DNA from: Candidatus Latescibacterota bacterium
GTDB taxonomy: Bacteria; Latescibacterota; UBA2968
Assembly (NCBI GenBank): GCA_038279365.1
Contig: JAYODI010000033.1
Location: 2,940-41,264 of the forward strand
Reading direction: 5' to 3'
Length of the DNA: 38,325 nt
This document shows, one piece after another, positions 35,887-38,325 of the stretch. Under the pieces are notes generated by a model. The model was not told the origin of the DNA. It made no database searches and worked only from the letters and a program-made list of their open reading frames with translations. Every line of letters begins with the position of its first letter. Within the stretch, counting starts at the first letter, position 1. The translations under genes were made by a program, and so were the position numbers.

Positions 35887-38244
35887 ATGAATTGGAAATA
35901 CATACTTCTCACAACCACAATCATCACACTGTGTTCCTCAAAGGGAGAGATACACGCCATGAACAATTGGACCGTAGGCATCGGTGGGGTCGGTGGCGCA
36001 TTTTTTTATGCACAACCCGGCGAACTCAAAATAGAATTGGAAAAACGCGACCGCAACATTCGAAACCGAAAAACCGACTTGCGTGCCATTTTTTTTGCAC
36101 CCGATCGCAGTGTCATTCAAGAAGTTATCATTCCCGATGACGGGCAATCTGCAGATTCTGGTATCGGTCCTGCACAAAGTGTTGAACTCTCTACCATTGT
36201 AAAACGCGCTGGTGTCTATGGCCTTCATGTTATGGTTGCATCTGATCGTTATGGCGAAGACATCATTTGGCGCTTTCGTACCAACTGTGACCAATATCTC
36301 ATTGAAACCTCTCGTGGTCATAAAGACGCGGCCCATCAAGAGCCCATCGTTCTGCTCAACCCAGACCAAGAAGGTGCAATCTGCTTTTTACCGCGCCCAA
36401 CCGCATTTGAAATAGACATCACCGATTTGACCGATAACACGCCCCTTAAAGTAACCAATGCATCGGGGCAAGAAATCGCCACAATCAGCCCCAACAACGG
36501 TGAAGCAACCTATCAATTTGAAACCGATGACCGCGGTGATGTACCTTGGCAACTCCATCTTCCCAAAGCGCAAGCCACAGTGCAAATAGATGGCGTTACG
36601 CGTTGGGCCACTCACGATCTCTATCCAGACCTTTCACTTTGGACACCTCATCCTGAAAGCTGGTTTGACTTCCATGCCCACCGTTGGCTGCTCACGCCGT
36701 ATAACCGCACCATCTATGGGCAAGCCGGTGAAGAAAAATCACACGCTTTTGAAATTCACAACAATGGCCACAAAAACATCACCGTTGATCTCTCATTAGA
36801 ATATCCAAACACCAACTGGCCCGTCAAACTTTTTGACAAACAGGTTCAACTATCTCCCCAAGAAACCGCCGAAGTGGTGGTTTGGTTTGCAATACCAGAA
36901 ACAAGCGAAACCGTTCACCTACGCGCCACGTCGGGTCATTATACAACCTACAGTACACTCATTGCAAAAGCCGGTATCGCACCCGCCCAAAACCCCATCC
37001 CAATGCCCTTGGTACTCAAACCCTTTCAGCACGAAAACGAACAATTTGGTTACTTGCCCCAATATCCTACTGAAAACCAAGTTTACTTCAACGCCAAAAA
37101 CCAACCCTTCATTCGCGCTTCCCAAGGCATTGCCTCTTGGCGCAACAATGCGTGGGCAACCTCAGGCACAGAACAAGCCGTTTCAAGCGCCCATGCAGGC
37201 CCCTGGACAAAAGTCGCCTTTGACAGTGAGGGCGGCATCTATGTACTCGCAATGACCAAAGGTGCCCCCGCACTCCTCTACTCAAAAGACAACGGCCAAA
37301 CCTTTACAACATACCCACTCCCCAAAGACAGCCCCACATCATTCGACATCGAGCAATTTTCTGGTCACAACATTCCCGATGAACCACCACCCATTGTGCA
37401 ATTTCGCCGAACCCAAAGCGACCCCAATCTCTTTTGGCGCAAATTTGGCGATATGGAATTGCTCCTGCCACGCAAAACCGAAAATGGCATTGAATGGTCT
37501 GATCCCATTTTTATTACCGACAAAAGCCTCGGTGTCTCCTCACACTCAGGTATTCCGTCATCCATCGTTTCGCGTGGTTCCAAAATACACGTCGCTTGGG
37601 GTGAAGCCACCGACCCCGATGAAGATGTCCCTGGTGTTCCCGCTTATGTTGCAACCTATGATCGTGAAACAGGTGAGCTCACCGAACCTGTTCTCATCGG
37701 TTATGGAGCCCCTGCCAACGATGTACACAACACGCCGTGTATCACCATGGACAGCAAAGGGTATCTCCACGTGCTCACAGGCACACATGGCAGCCCCTTT
37801 CACTACTCCAAATCACTCAAACCCAACGACGTCACTGGGGGCTGGACAGACCCCATTCCTGTAGGTGAAAAATTGCGCCAAACCTACATTGGTCTGGTGT
37901 GTGATCCCGACGACACATTGCACCTCGTTTTCCGTTTGTGGCGAGAAGACTTTCACCCCACAAGCTACTGTGCCACCTTATCTCATATGTCCAAAAAGCC
38001 CAACGAACCTTGGTCAGAACCCAATGTGCTCGTGGTTGCACCCTATACCGAATACAGCATCTATTACCATCGCCTCACCATAGACCAAAAAGGACGTCTC
38101 TTTCTCTCTTACGACTATTGGTCTACCTTCTGGTATTACCGCACCGACCACAAAGGGCGACGTCGCAGCCTGCTTACCTCACCCGATGGTGGAAAAACTT
38201 GGAAACTTGCAGATAATGAGGATCTGGTGGAGATACCAGAATAA
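35887..38244 (+). CDS. Large BNR/Asp-box repeat beta-propeller protein (BNR_4-like) with N-terminal beta domains
   Basis: YSKDNGQTF and TSPDGGKTW Asp-boxes; D.HN.P.I.MDSKGYLHV..G.H motif; start 35887 (signal-like) or 35959. Confidence 0.8.
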   Translation: MNWKYILLTTTIITLCSSKGEIHAMNNWTVGIGGVGGAFFYAQPGELKIELEKRDRNIRNRKTDLRAIFFAPDRSVIQEVIIPDDGQSADSGIGPAQSVELSTIVKRAGVYGLHVMVASDRYGEDIIWRFRTNCDQYLIETSRGHKDAAHQEPIVLLNPDQEGAICFLPRPTAFEIDITDLTDNTPLKVTNASGQEIATISPNNGEATYQFETDDRGDVPWQLHLPKAQATVQIDGVTRWATHDLYPDLSLWTPHPESWFDFHAHRWLLTPYNRTIYGQAGEEKSHAFEIHNNGHKNITVDLSLEYPNTNWPVKLFDKQVQLSPQETAEVVVWFAIPETSETVHLRATSGHYTTYSTLIAKAGIAPAQNPIPMPLVLKPFQHENEQFGYLPQYPTENQVYFNAKNQPFIRASQGIASWRNNAWATSGTEQAVSSAHAGPWTKVAFDSEGGIYVLAMTKGAPALLYSKDNGQTFTTYPLPKDSPTSFDIEQFSGHNIPDEPPPIVQFRRTQSDPNLFWRKFGDMELLLPRKTENGIEWSDPIFITDKSLGVSSHSGIPSSIVSRGSKIHVAWGEATDPDEDVPGVPAYVATYDRETGELTEPVLIGYGAPANDVHNTPCITMDSKGYLHVLTGTHGSPFHYSKSLKPNDVTGGWTDPIPVGEKLRQTYIGLVCDPDDTLHLVFRLWREDFHPTSYCATLSHMSKKPNEPWSEPNVLVVAPYTEYSIYYHRLTIDQKGRLFLSYDYWSTFWYYRTDHKGRRRSLLTSPDGGKTWKLADNEDLVEIPE

Positions 38245-38325
38245 CAGCTACGCAGCAACTCACAAAACAAAAGAAGCGGCGAACACACAAGGGGTAGCCC
38301 CTGGGTGGATAAACATACGAAAAGT

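Noticed and set aside
1..38325. CRISPR array, IS element, defence system
   Set aside because: No regularly spaced repeats, transposase, or recognisable defence domains.

Overview
Chromosomal window from a diderm bacterium, most likely Latescibacterota or a related FCB-group lineage. This is an inference from the DFNGDG..FSDF dockerin-like domain, a short sigma70 lacking region 1.1, and the gene repertoire. No rRNA, tRNA, CRISPR, transposase or phage structural genes were recognised. Left to right: (i) the 5' end of a secreted protein missed by the ORF track, behind a near-consensus sigma70 promoter and a ~465-nt structured leader; (ii) a DUF151 nuclease, a convergent pair of fibre-like and dockerin-like secreted proteins, and FGE; (iii) a translation cluster ispE-rplY-pth-hppA-rpsF-rpsR-rplI with a Na+-type membrane PPase inside it and two ribosomal-leader candidates; (iv) giant TPR protein-Crp-sigma54 activator, then degP (ECF-type promoter), an M24 peptidase and a GT39-TPR fusion; (v) a sigma70-family gene with a textbook sigma54 promoter, IHF-like site and palindrome; (vi) xth, a deletion remnant, GAF-LuxR, tldD/tldE; (vii) ogl-like, alaE-like, DUF6807, a poly-C-frameshifted MBL hydrolase, a DapA-like gene, namZ; (viii) two orphan small proteins with long leaders (one sigma54/IHF-driven), a PhyH dioxygenase and a BNR-repeat protein. 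The most interesting signals are the sigma54-to-sigma70 cascade and its putative mini-regulon, the long leader with crossing long-range helices, and the fibre/anchor gene pair. All family calls come from motif recognition by eye, not from database searches.
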